Shown: piece by piece, positions 16,504-24,994 of the stretch
Layout: each line of letters opens with the position of its first letter
Position numbering within the stretch: the stretch's first letter is position 1
Position numbers and translations under genes: made by a program
Assembly (NCBI GenBank): GCA_027310505.1
Contig: DAIDAS010000437.1
Span: forward strand, 1-26,785
Reading direction: 5' to 3'
Origin: a bacterium
GTDB taxonomy: Bacteria; Pseudomonadota; Gammaproteobacteria; Burkholderiales; Methylophilaceae
DNA length: 26,785 nucleotides
Notes under the pieces: model-generated
What the model was told of the DNA's origin: nothing
Databases searched by the model: none
The model's input: only the letters and a program-made list of their open reading frames with translations

Positions 16504-17580
16504 ATGAAAAAACGCCATCGCTCCCGCTCAAAGAAAATCGGCCTGCCGCCCGGCACGCTAGTCCATGTCGGCGAAGCCAGGGTCAAGCAGCCGATGCTCT
16601 CGCTATTCCGCTACGATGCTGACACTCTCCAGGAGCAGAGCGAAACGAGCCTGTCCGGCCTGAAGTTGGAGACAGCAGACACCGAAACGCTGTGGCTCAA
16701 CGTCCACGGCCTGCACGACACAGCCCTGATGACGGAAATCGGCCGCGCATTCAACCTCCACCCACTGGTACTGGAAGACATCCTCAACACTGAACAGCGC
16801 CCCAAGCTTGACAGCTACGACGGTTACCTGTTCTTCGTCACGCGATTTTTCCATTACGACAAGCACTCCATGGAGATCAGCACCGAGCAGATCAGCCTGA
16901 TCCTTGGCCATAACTTCGTACTGACATTCCAGGAACGCCCGACCGGCTCGTTCGAACCCATACGCGAACGCCTGCGGGCCAACAAAGGCAACCTGCGCAA
17001 GTCCGGGGCCGACTACCTGGCCTACGGGCTGCTGGACATGATCGTCGACCGTTATTTCGTGGTGCTGGAACAGATCGGCGACGATTGCGAAGCACTGGAA
17101 GAAGAACTGCTGCGCAAACCCAATGCCGGCGTGCTGCAAGGCATCTACAAGCTCAAGCACGAAACCATGGAGCTGCGCCGTGCCGTCTGGCCGCTACGCG
17201 AAGTCCTCAATGCGCTGATCCGCAACGAAGGCAGTTTTTTCCACCACGGCACCCTGCTCTACCTGCGCGACGTCTATGACCACACCGTGCATTTCATCGA
17301 GTCGCTGGAATCGCTACGCGACCTGCTCGCAGGCATGCTGGATATCTATCTTTCCACCATCAGTAATCGCGTCAACATGGAAGTGCGCGCGCTCACCGTA
17401 GTCGCCATGCTGTTCATGCCTGCCACGCTCATCGCCGGAATCTTCGGCATGAACTTCAGGGTCATGCCCCTGTTGCAGAACCCCGATGGTTTCTGGATAG
17501 CCATGGGCATGATGGCGACCATCGCCATCATCATGGGGCTGATTTTCTGGCGGCGCCAGTGGCTCAGCCGGCGTTCTTGA
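16504..17580 (+). CDS. corA: Magnesium/cobalt transporter
   Basis: KKIGLPPGTLVHVGE, WLNVHG, LHPLVLEDI, QRPK, YLRDVYDH and GMN signature (GIFGMNF). ATG 16504 preferred over 16459. Confidence 0.96.
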   Translation: MKKRHRSRSKKIGLPPGTLVHVGEARVKQPMLSLFRYDADTLQEQSETSLSGLKLETADTETLWLNVHGLHDTALMTEIGRAFNLHPLVLEDILNTEQRPKLDSYDGYLFFVTRFFHYDKHSMEISTEQISLILGHNFVLTFQERPTGSFEPIRERLRANKGNLRKSGADYLAYGLLDMIVDRYFVVLEQIGDDCEALEEELLRKPNAGVLQGIYKLKHETMELRRAVWPLREVLNALIRNEGSFFHHGTLLYLRDVYDHTVHFIESLESLRDLLAGMLDIYLSTISNRVNMEVRALTVVAMLFMPATLIAGIFGMNFRVMPLLQNPDGFWIAMGMMATIAIIMGLIFWRRQWLSRRS

Positions 17581-18124
17581 GCCTGCCTGAAAATTTGGCG
17601 CGAAGCTTGGCCAGCTTGGGAGCCACCACGGCCATGCAATAAGGCTGGAACGGATTGCGCTCGAAATAGCGCTGGTGGTAATCCTCAGCCGGGTAAAAAG
17701 TTGTCGCCGGCACGACCTCGGTCACGATAGGATCAGGCCAGACCTGCTCCGCCGTGAATTTCGCAATCACCTGCCCGGCGTCCAGGCGTTGCGCTTCTGA
17801 GTGATAAAACACTGCGGAACGATATTGGGTGCCGGTGTCATTACCTTGCCGGTTCAGGGTGGTCGGATCATGCAGCGCAAAAAAGATTTCCAGCAAATCG
17901 TGATAGGAAATCCGCGCCGGATCAAAATGTACCTGGACCACCTCGGCATGCCCCGTATCACCCCTGCACACCCCTTTGTAGTCCGGGTTCGGCACATGGC
18001 CGCCCATGTAACCGGAAATCACGGCCTGCACCCCGGCCAAGTGCTGCAACGGTGCCTCCGTGCACCAGAAACAGCCACCGGCCAGTGTCGCCACCTCTAA
18101 AGATCGATCAGCACTCGATTCCAT
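17564..18124 (-). CDS. msrA: Peptide-methionine (S)-S-oxide reductase
   Basis: AGGCFWCTE, GYMGG, GHAEVVQ, HDPTTLNRQGND.GTQYRS and AEDYHQRY...YC motifs. Confidence 0.97.
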   Translation of the reverse strand: MESSADRSLEVATLAGGCFWCTEAPLQHLAGVQAVISGYMGGHVPNPDYKGVCRGDTGHAEVVQVHFDPARISYHDLLEIFFALHDPTTLNRQGNDTGTQYRSAVFYHSEAQRLDAGQVIAKFTAEQVWPDPIVTEVVPATTFYPAEDYHQRYFERNPFQPYCMAVVAPKLAKLRAKFSGRLKNAG

Positions 18125-18211
18125 CCGCCGCTCCGGTCAACCCACAGAAACTGATTACGTTGATTTATAATTCATCCACCTGTGGCAATGCCACCCATAA
18201 AAGGTTCCGAC

Positions 18212-18793
18212 ATGAACGCCTTTTTCAAGAACGCTTCCCTAGTCTCCATTGCGTTGGCGCTCAACGTGCCGCTCGCTCCTGTCGCTTACGCAGACCCTCC
18301 TTCCTGGGCACCCGCACACGGCTGGCGCAAGAAACATGACCCTTACTACATGGGCTATTCAGGCAAGCAGTGGGATAACGATTACGGCGTGATTCAAGGC
18401 AATTGCAACCGCGAGGCCATCGGCACCGTTCTGGGTGGCGCGGTAGGCGGAGCGGTCGGCTCCACCGTAGGCAAGGGCGACGGCAAGACTGTTGCCATCA
18501 TTCTGGGATCCGTGCTGGGTGCCGTCATCGGCAACCGCATCGGCAAGGAGATGGACGACAGCGATCGCGGCTGCATCGGGCACGCGCTGGAACTCGCGCC
18601 CAACAACCAGACCGTGGCATGGCAAGGCGCAAGCGGTCTGGGTTACCACCTGACACCGCTCAGCGACTACACCTCCAATGGCATGAAATGCCGCGAATAC
18701 CGTTTGCGCGTCAATGGCCAGAACATCAACGAAGACCGTCGCGAGAAGGCCTGCCTCGCTGGCGACGGCAACTGGCGCGCGGGGGAACATTGA
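18212..18793 (+). CDS. Secreted glycine-zipper 2TM surface protein (RT0821/17-kDa antigen-like)
   Basis: Signal peptide ending AYA, PPSWAPAHGWR motif, GTVLGGAVGGAVG...GSVLGAVIGNRIGKEMD zipper, and CREY...AC...DGNW C-terminus. Confidence 0.85.
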   Translation: MNAFFKNASLVSIALALNVPLAPVAYADPPSWAPAHGWRKKHDPYYMGYSGKQWDNDYGVIQGNCNREAIGTVLGGAVGGAVGSTVGKGDGKTVAIILGSVLGAVIGNRIGKEMDDSDRGCIGHALELAPNNQTVAWQGASGLGYHLTPLSDYTSNGMKCREYRLRVNGQNINEDRREKACLAGDGNWRAGEH

Positions 18794-18795
18794 GC

Positions 18796-18822
18796 TAAAG
18801 TTTCGCGCGAACCTGCCGATAG
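18796..18822 (+). promoter_or_regulatory. Sigma28 (FliA) promoter of flgM
   Basis: TAAAGTTT-N11-GCCGATAG, a near-perfect match to the TAAA-N15-GCCGATAA consensus, 37 nt upstream of flgM. Confidence 0.9.
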
Positions 18823-18859
18823 CATGTTAAGCTTAAAGCAAGAATATTGAGGTTTCACC

Positions 18860-19165
18860 ATGAAGATTGATGGCTCCAACAGAACCGCAGCACTGACTGG
18901 CAACACGGCACCCACAGCGCGTAGCGCCAAGCCTGCGCCACAAGCGGGGCGCAGCCAGTCGCAGGACAACGTCACGCTATCCTCCACTTCCGCACAGATT
19001 CAGGCGCTCGAAGCCGGCATCAGCGAAGCCAGCGGCTTTGATGCTGCGAAAGTGGAAGCCATCAAGCAGGCGATCAGTGAAGGCAAATTCACAATCAACC
19101 CGGAGGTCATCGCCGACAAGCTGATCGCCTCCACCCGTGAACTGCTCGCACAACAGAACAAATAG
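18860..19165 (+). CDS. flgM: Anti-sigma28 factor
   Basis: MKID start, DNVTLSS, FDAAKVEAIKQAISEGKFTINPEVIADKLI; GAGG Shine-Dalgarno; sigma28 promoter upstream. Confidence 0.95.
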   Translation: MKIDGSNRTAALTGNTAPTARSAKPAPQAGRSQSQDNVTLSSTSAQIQALEAGISEASGFDAAKVEAIKQAISEGKFTINPEVIADKLIASTRELLAQQNK

Positions 19166-19620
19166 TGCTGTCCGCGCTTCAAAGTGAATTGGCGGCACTA
19201 CGCCGCTTCATCGAAATCCTGCAGCAAGAGCAGGCGGCGCTGGTGAATGCCGACGTCGACCAGCTCATCGCCATTTCAACGGAAAAACTCAAACAGGCAG
19301 AACAGCTGAACCGCCTGGCACAGGCTCGCGTAAACGCGCTGGAACATCTGGGAATCCAGAACGATCGTGTCCATGTGGAAGCGTGGCTGGCAAGCCAGTC
19401 GCGTGATACGGCAGCCGTCTGGCATGCCTTGATCGAATCGGCAAGCGCGGCACAACAACTCAATCAGACCAATGGCAAGTTGATCGAATCCCAACTTCAG
19501 AACAATCAGCAGGCGCTGAACACACTGGTCAGCGCGGCCAACCAGTCAGCCGTCTATGGTGCAGACGGCCAGCCGCGCACGACCTACCCAGCCTCGCAAC
19601 GCTCCCTGGGCAAGGGCTAG
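19165..19620 (+). CDS. flgN: Flagellar export chaperone
   Basis: Follows flgM with a 1-nt overlap (TAGTG). Helical protein with QQLNQTNGKLI and YGADGQ motifs. Confidence 0.88.
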   Translation: MLSALQSELAALRRFIEILQQEQAALVNADVDQLIAISTEKLKQAEQLNRLAQARVNALEHLGIQNDRVHVEAWLASQSRDTAAVWHALIESASAAQQLNQTNGKLIESQLQNNQQALNTLVSAANQSAVYGADGQPRTTYPASQRSLGKG

Positions 19621-19679
19621 AGCAAGCTCCTCACTACGCGCAGAGCCATTCATGAAACCGGTTGGCATCCAGCCTCAGG

Positions 19680-20507
19680 TCAATGCGTTGCCGGCGCAGG
19701 CCTGATATCCGGATCAAGCGCCACATCGGTTTTCTTACCCTCGTTTTCCGCAAGGATCATCACCGTCACGCGCCGATTGCGGGCACGGCCATCCGGCGTA
19801 TCGTTGGTGTCCACCGGGCGATTGTCGGCATAGCCAATGACCACGATGCGCTGCGGCGCAACGCCGTTTTCGACAAACAACCGGGTGACGCTGCTGGCAC
19901 GCGCGCTGGACAGCTCCCAGTTTGAAGGAAAGACAGGGGACGCAATCGGCAGGTTGTCGGTATGCCCCTCGATTTGCACCTGATGCGTATCATTGGCCAG
20001 CACCTTGCCGACAGCCGTCAGCACGTTGATGGAGTCTTTGTTCAGCACGGCCTGTGCCGGGGCAAACAGCAGACTGGCGTTGATCTCGATGGAAATGCCA
20101 CGGTTGCTTTCCGTCACCTTGACCTGCCCACCCTTGACCAGCGGATCCATCACGTTCAGCAGGTTCCCGGCCACGGATTTCATGTTCTGGCGCCGCTGTT
20201 CCTTCTCCTTCTGCTGCTCCGCTTCGGCAGCGGTGGGTTGTATGCTGACGGGAATCGGCTGCACCTGAATCTTGCTGGACGAAGAGGTCTGGGGATCAGG
20301 CGCCGGAACATAAATGACTTTACTGGACGGAGAGTTCTTGAAGGCGTCGATAATGGAGTCCGACATCACACGGTACTTGCCTTCATTCACGGAAGAAATC
20401 GCGTACATCACCACAAAGAACGCAAACAACAGGGTAATGAAGTCGGCGTACGAAACCAGCCAGCGCTCGTGGTTTTCGTGTTCTTCGTGTTTTTGGCGGC
20501 GGGCCAA
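19680..20507 (-). CDS. motD: Flagellar stator subunit MotB family (MotD-type)
   Basis: HERWLVSYADFITLLFAFFVVMYAIS (conserved Asp), IEGHTDN, NWELSSARA and RNRRV OmpA-like domain. TTG start. Confidence 0.9.
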   Translation of the reverse strand: MARRQKHEEHENHERWLVSYADFITLLFAFFVVMYAISSVNEGKYRVMSDSIIDAFKNSPSSKVIYVPAPDPQTSSSSKIQVQPIPVSIQPTAAEAEQQKEKEQRRQNMKSVAGNLLNVMDPLVKGGQVKVTESNRGISIEINASLLFAPAQAVLNKDSINVLTAVGKVLANDTHQVQIEGHTDNLPIASPVFPSNWELSSARASSVTRLFVENGVAPQRIVVIGYADNRPVDTNDTPDGRARNRRVTVMILAENEGKKTDVALDPDIRPAPATH

Positions 20508-20530
20508 TTCCTCACTCCGGTCTCATGGAA

Positions 20531-21283
20531 TCAGGCAATATAGCCACGCAATTTAATTTCGATCAGCCGCGGGTTTTCACCGTTGGCAATCGCAATCAGC
20601 CCCTCCACCACCATTTCGCGCTTGACCATTTCTTTGGCGATGATGGATTTCAGCTTGTTGGCAATGGGCAAAAAGAACAGGTTGGCCGCACCCACGCCGT
20701 AGATGGTGGCAACGAAAGCAACCGCAATGCCGCCTCCCAGCTTCGAGGGATCGGAGAGGTTTTCCATGACATGGATCAGCCCCATGACTGCGCCGAGAAT
20801 ACCGACTGTCGGCGAATACCCCCCGGCTGACTCCCACACCTTGGCGGCCATCCGATAGTGCTCGTCATAGGCGTACATATCGACTTCCATCGCCTCGCGC
20901 AACTTTTCCGGCTCGGCACCATCCACCAGCAACTGCAACCCCTTCTTCATGAAGGGATCGTCCATTTCCATCAGCATGGGCTCCAGCGACAGCAAGCCTC
21001 CGCGCCGCGCCGATTGGCCCCAGCTGATGATCTGCTCGATCACATCCTCAAGCGAAATCACCGGCGGCAGAATCACCCAGCGCAGCAGCTTCACCCCTTG
21101 CAGAAAGACCGGCAGCGAGTATTGCAGCATGCAGGCGCCGAAGGTGCCGCCCAGCACGATGATGAAGGCCGTCACCTGCACCAACGATCCGAGATGCCCG
21201 CCTTCGAGATACTGGCCGCCAAGGATGGCGCCAAAGGAGATCAGGATGCCGATAATGCTGATGATGTCGAAGGGGAGTCTCAT
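20531..21283 (-). CDS. motC: Flagellar stator subunit MotA family (MotC-type)
   Basis: GGQYLEGGHLGSL, GGYSPTVGILGAVMGLI, VAFVATIYGVG and NGENPR motifs. ATGA overlap with fliA (alternative start 21289). Confidence 0.9.
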   Translation of the reverse strand: MRLPFDIISIIGILISFGAILGGQYLEGGHLGSLVQVTAFIIVLGGTFGACMLQYSLPVFLQGVKLLRWVILPPVISLEDVIEQIISWGQSARRGGLLSLEPMLMEMDDPFMKKGLQLLVDGAEPEKLREAMEVDMYAYDEHYRMAAKVWESAGGYSPTVGILGAVMGLIHVMENLSDPSKLGGGIAVAFVATIYGVGAANLFFLPIANKLKSIIAKEMVKREMVVEGLIAIANGENPRLIEIKLRGYIA

Positions 21284-21978
21284 GTCCATTCTTTCATCTT
21301 GGTCCTCAGGCGCAGAATGGCCTGGGAATGCAACTGGCAGACGCGAGATTCACTGACGCCAAGCACAGCACCAATTTCCTTCAGGTTGAGGTCTTCCTGA
21401 TAGTACATCGCCATGACCATCTTTTCGCGCTCCGGCAACTCGCCGATGCCCCTGACCAGGGAATCGCGCATCGCTTCATCCTGCAGTACCTGCAGCGGTG
21501 TAGGTCGGCTGTCGGTCAGGTTGAAGCCGATGGTTTCGCCGTCCTCATTCTCGAAATCCTCGAAATGCACCAACTGGTGCCCGTGCGCCTCGGTCAACAT
21601 CTGCTGGTATTCAGCCAGCGACAAACCCATCAAGTCGGCAATCTGCTGCTCGCTCGGCGACTGTCCCAGCGACTGCTGCAATTGATGAATGGCATTCTCG
21701 ATATCGCGTGCCTGTTTGCGCACCGAGCGCGGCGCCCAGTCGGCATCACGCAATTCATCCAGCATCGCCCCCCTGATGCGCTGGGTAGCGTATGTCTCGA
21801 ATTGCGCCCCTTGGCTGTCGTCATAGGCCTGAAGCGCATCCAGCAAACCCATCATGCCCGCCTGGATCAGGTCATCCACCTGCACGCTGGACGGCAGGCG
21901 CACCACAAGCTGGTAGGCAAGGCGCTTGACCAGCTGGGCATGTTCAGCCACGGATTTTTGTGTATCAAGCGCCGGCAT
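21280..21978 (-). CDS. fliA: Flagellar sigma factor sigma28
   Basis: LVKRLA, DDLIQAGMMGLL, FETYATQRIRGAMLDELR, DWAPRSVR and EIGAVLGVSESRVCQLHSQA. Confidence 0.97.
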   Translation of the reverse strand: MPALDTQKSVAEHAQLVKRLAYQLVVRLPSSVQVDDLIQAGMMGLLDALQAYDDSQGAQFETYATQRIRGAMLDELRDADWAPRSVRKQARDIENAIHQLQQSLGQSPSEQQIADLMGLSLAEYQQMLTEAHGHQLVHFEDFENEDGETIGFNLTDSRPTPLQVLQDEAMRDSLVRGIGELPEREKMVMAMYYQEDLNLKEIGAVLGVSESRVCQLHSQAILRLRTKMKEWT

Positions 21979-21987
21979 TCTGGGAGG

Positions 21988-22797
21988 TCAGCGAGAAACA
22001 AATGTGCGGGAATGGCTACCACGCAACAGGCGACGCATCAGTTCCGGGAAATGCCCGGTCTGGTGTTCCGGCATTGGCCAGGCAAGCACCTGGCCGGCAA
22101 CGTTTTCAGGCAAACGCCCCGTTTTCGACAGCACCCCCAGATATGCGGGCATGAGCTGCAGGTGATGGCGGCTGACGGTGGCTACGCGGCGAAACAACGT
22201 CTGCGCGATCGTCTCGTCCGCCCCGCCGAACAACAGATGGAATCGCCGCCCGCCCGCCTGATGCAGCGCCTTGATCTGGGCGTAGGCCTGGGTCACAGAA
22301 TCGGGATGGTTGTGGCACAACACGATCACATCCTGACAAGCCCAGGCGAAGCTGGGGCGGCTCTGTACCGAATCGCCGCCGGTATTGACCAGCACCACGT
22401 CGTATTGCCCTGCCAGCCGGTAAAAGGCGTTGACCAGGCCGATGCGTGCTTCCATCCGCGGCCGGGTCAAGGCTCTCGCACGGCCACCGCCGGCGATGAG
22501 ATCGACATGGCATGCCGTGGACGCGATGGCACGTTCGATATCCGTGGCCTCGTTCAGCACGTCATCCAGATCGTATTGTGGCGTGACAGAAAACGCGACA
22601 TGCGGCTTGCCGGCAGACAGGCTCTCGTCAAGCATCAGCACACGGTTGCCCTGCCCTGCGAGCATGGCGGCCAGATCGGCCAGCAGGTCCGATCCCTGCT
22701 GGCAGTCGCCACAGGAAACCAACGCGACCATGCGCCGCACGTCCTCCACGAACAAACGGCGCAGCCCCTCCGCCTGATCGGGTGCCAATCTAGGCAA
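21988..22797 (-). CDS. flhG: FlhG/FleN-like MinD-family protein with degenerate Walker A
   Basis: DQAEGLRRL N-terminal motif and position between flhF and fliA; SITQAYA-like VTQAYAQIK segment. GGAGG 5 nt before TTG 22797 (ATG 22812 or 22815 also possible). Confidence 0.82.
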   Translation of the reverse strand: MPRLAPDQAEGLRRLFVEDVRRMVALVSCGDCQQGSDLLADLAAMLAGQGNRVLMLDESLSAGKPHVAFSVTPQYDLDDVLNEATDIERAIASTACHVDLIAGGGRARALTRPRMEARIGLVNAFYRLAGQYDVVLVNTGGDSVQSRPSFAWACQDVIVLCHNHPDSVTQAYAQIKALHQAGGRRFHLLFGGADETIAQTLFRRVATVSRHHLQLMPAYLGVLSKTGRLPENVAGQVLAWPMPEHQTGHFPELMRRLLRGSHSRTFVSR

Positions 22798-24250
22798 AAT
22801 GGCCTCCCGCATCATCCATGGTGACATTGCCCGCAGTGACGTCCCATTCCTCGGGCTGCATGGCAAAAGCCTGCGGATCAGACCTGACCTTGAATGCCCG
22901 GTCGATCAGATAAAGCCCGTTGGCCAGATGCAGGTCTTCCGGCACTTTCTGTCCATTGGTCACATAGTGCAAATCCAGTCCGTGACGGATCAGGCAATCG
23001 ATCGCCGGAGCAATCGACATCGACTCGTCGATCTTGGACAGGATCACACCATCCATGCCGCTGCCGCGATAGGCCCGCACGATGTCGTCCAGGGTCACGT
23101 TCTGCGCGGTCGCAGGCAGAATCAGGTGTCGCTTGACGCGATTGCCCCGCCCGCACAGGAATTCGATTTGCTCCGCAATGCGGCGATCGCGCTGGCTCAT
23201 GCCCACGGTGTCGATCAGGATCAGGTGGCTGCGGGTGAGGTCGGCCAGGGTCAATTCCAGTTCGGCCTCGTCCTTCACTGCGTGCACCGGCACATTGAGA
23301 ATGCGGCCGTAGATCTTGAGCTGTTCGTGCGCGCCGATCCGGTAGCTGTCGGTAGTGATCAGCGCGACCTTGTCGGCACCGAACTTGAGGACGGCACGGG
23401 CAGCCAATTTTGCGACCGTGGTGGTCTTGCCGACGCCGGTCGGACCCACCAGCGCATGCACGCCGCCTCGGGTAATGAAATCGGCGCCCGACTCAACCAC
23501 CCGCAGGTTATGTCCCAGCGCTGCCTTCAACCACTTGATGCCGCGCTCGACATCCAGATTGGGTGGCAGGGCATCCAGCAACTGCCGCGAAAGCTGGGGG
23601 CTGAAGCCACAGCCCAGCAAGGTACGCATAAGTTCGGCCTTGAGAGGGTCCTTGCGCGCCAGCTCACCCCAGGCGAAGCCTGAAAGCTGGCTCTCCAGCA
23701 GGTTGCGCATACGCTTGAGTTCCTGCGCCATCTCGGCCACCAGCGGGTCAGGCGACGGTGCGGCCGCAGGAGCGACCTCCATGGCAGCACCCAGGCGCGG
23801 CATGGCAGGGGCGGCTTCGTGGACAGGTTCCGGCGCGAGGGTGCGCTGCCTGGTAAAAACCTCGGGGGCCGAATGCGGTTCAGCAGCAACCTCGGCATTT
23901 TCGAGGTAAGCCGCCGTACCGGTATTGCCCAGACTGGGGCTTTTCAGCGTCTGGAATTCAGGGGCGCGAACCGCTTGGGCCGGGCCTGGATTGGCGCCTT
24001 GCCGCTTATGCAGGATGGCGGCAATGGTTTCTGGCTGGATCGCGGGTTGCCGGGGAGCCGGCTGCTGCTGGTTCAGCGTGGCACGGTTGTCGTAGGTCAG
24101 CGCCTGCACTTCGCCGTCGGTCACGGCCATGATCTCGACGCCGCCTTCAACACGACGGTTGGACAGGATCAGCGCATCTGCGCCAAGCACATCCCGCACC
24201 TGCCTCAATGCGTCACGGGTCGTGGCGCCGAAAAATTTTCGAACGTTCAT
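22790..24250 (-). CDS. flhF: Flagellar SRP-family GTPase
   Basis: MNVRKFFGATTRDALRQVRDVLGADALILSNR, GPTGVGKTTTVAKLAA, DSYRIGAHEQL, DTVGMSQRD, SKIDE and TNGQKVPEDL. Confidence 0.96.
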   Translation of the reverse strand: MNVRKFFGATTRDALRQVRDVLGADALILSNRRVEGGVEIMAVTDGEVQALTYDNRATLNQQQPAPRQPAIQPETIAAILHKRQGANPGPAQAVRAPEFQTLKSPSLGNTGTAAYLENAEVAAEPHSAPEVFTRQRTLAPEPVHEAAPAMPRLGAAMEVAPAAAPSPDPLVAEMAQELKRMRNLLESQLSGFAWGELARKDPLKAELMRTLLGCGFSPQLSRQLLDALPPNLDVERGIKWLKAALGHNLRVVESGADFITRGGVHALVGPTGVGKTTTVAKLAARAVLKFGADKVALITTDSYRIGAHEQLKIYGRILNVPVHAVKDEAELELTLADLTRSHLILIDTVGMSQRDRRIAEQIEFLCGRGNRVKRHLILPATAQNVTLDDIVRAYRGSGMDGVILSKIDESMSIAPAIDCLIRHGLDLHYVTNGQKVPEDLHLANGLYLIDRAFKVRSDPQAFAMQPEEWDVTAGNVTMDDAGGHFA

Positions 24251-24313
24251 GGGCGCCCTCTTTGATGGCGCAAATTCACGACCAGACATCGGTCATGAAA
24301 AAGGCTGTTTGTG

Positions 24314-24342
24314 ATTGTCATAAGCGCCATATTCAGCGTCAA
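24314..24342 (-). promoter_or_regulatory. Candidate sigma70-type promoter for the flhF operon
   Basis: Minus strand reads TTGACG-N17-GACAAT, downstream of the doxX terminator. Confidence 0.5.
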
Positions 24343-24383
24343 AGTTTATCACGGGGAGGGTGCACATCAAACAAGTGCCCAGC

Positions 24384-24414
24384 AAAAAAATGGGGGCAAT
24401 TTAACCTGCCCCCA
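24384..24414 (-). terminator. Rho-independent terminator after doxX
   Basis: Minus strand: TGGGGGCA-ggttaaat-TGCCCCCA followed by T7. Confidence 0.85.
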
Positions 24415-24434
24415 ACGGGATTGAAAATTCGGGG

Positions 24435-24941
24435 CTAAGACTTGCGCCACCGGAGCGCCAGCATGTGGTCCAGGCTCCACCTGCCCGCCCCACCGAACAG
24501 TAACGGCAGGAACATCACCAGGTAGATCAGCGGCAACTTGTAGTTGCCAAAACCATCCCCTTGTTCATCCACGATCCGATAGCCACGAAGCAGTTCGCCC
24601 AAGCTGTTCCAATGCTCAGGACTATGCACGGAGGCAATGGCAACCACGGTCAACACCATCAGGGAAACGGTAAAAAAACGGGTTGCCAGCCCCAGCAGCA
24701 ACGCCCCCGCGCCCAGCAATTCGAAAACCATGGAGAGGTTCCAGCTCACATCCGCCGGCAGCAGATTGAATGGGAATGGAAAGGTCAGGTCGGAAAACCA
24801 GTTGGTGCCGGTGTATTTCTCGTAGCCCGATTCGCCGAACTCCCAAGCCAGCAGCAGGCGCAAAATCAGCGGAGGCAATACCGGGGCAATGCGTTCAAGC
24901 CAGGAAGTGACGGTTTGGTAATATCGGGTAAGTGCGATCAT
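24435..24941 (-). CDS. DoxX-family membrane protein (HvfX/BufD-like partner of DUF692 clusters)
   Basis: LILRLLLAWEFGESGYEK, ELLGAGALLLGLATR, GNYKLPLIYL..LFGGAGRWSLD. AAGGAG Shine-Dalgarno before ATG 24941. Confidence 0.9.
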   Translation of the reverse strand: MIALTRYYQTVTSWLERIAPVLPPLILRLLLAWEFGESGYEKYTGTNWFSDLTFPFPFNLLPADVSWNLSMVFELLGAGALLLGLATRFFTVSLMVLTVVAIASVHSPEHWNSLGELLRGYRIVDEQGDGFGNYKLPLIYLVMFLPLLFGGAGRWSLDHMLALRWRKS

Positions 24942-24945
24942 GGCA

Positions 24946-24984
24946 ATTTCTCCTTGGATGGTGATCACCATTGGTCGGAGAAAT
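24946..24984 (-). promoter_or_regulatory. Hairpin pairing the doxX Shine-Dalgarno with an upstream anti-SD
   Basis: mRNA reads ATTTCTCC-gacca-ATGGTGATCACCAT-ccaa-GGAGAAAT-tgcc-ATG: an 8-bp outer stem plus a perfect 14-bp inner palindrome. Confidence 0.55.
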
Positions 24985-24994
24985 CGTGGTTTCC

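Noticed and set aside
18160-18173. FNR-like box (TTGAT...) between msrA and the glycine-zipper gene
   Set aside because: The right half-site (AATTC) does not match ATCAA. A TATAAT at 18166-18171 has no credible -35, so it was not called either.
21328-22824. 498-aa plus-strand ORF
   Set aside because: Antisense shadow of fliA and flhG.
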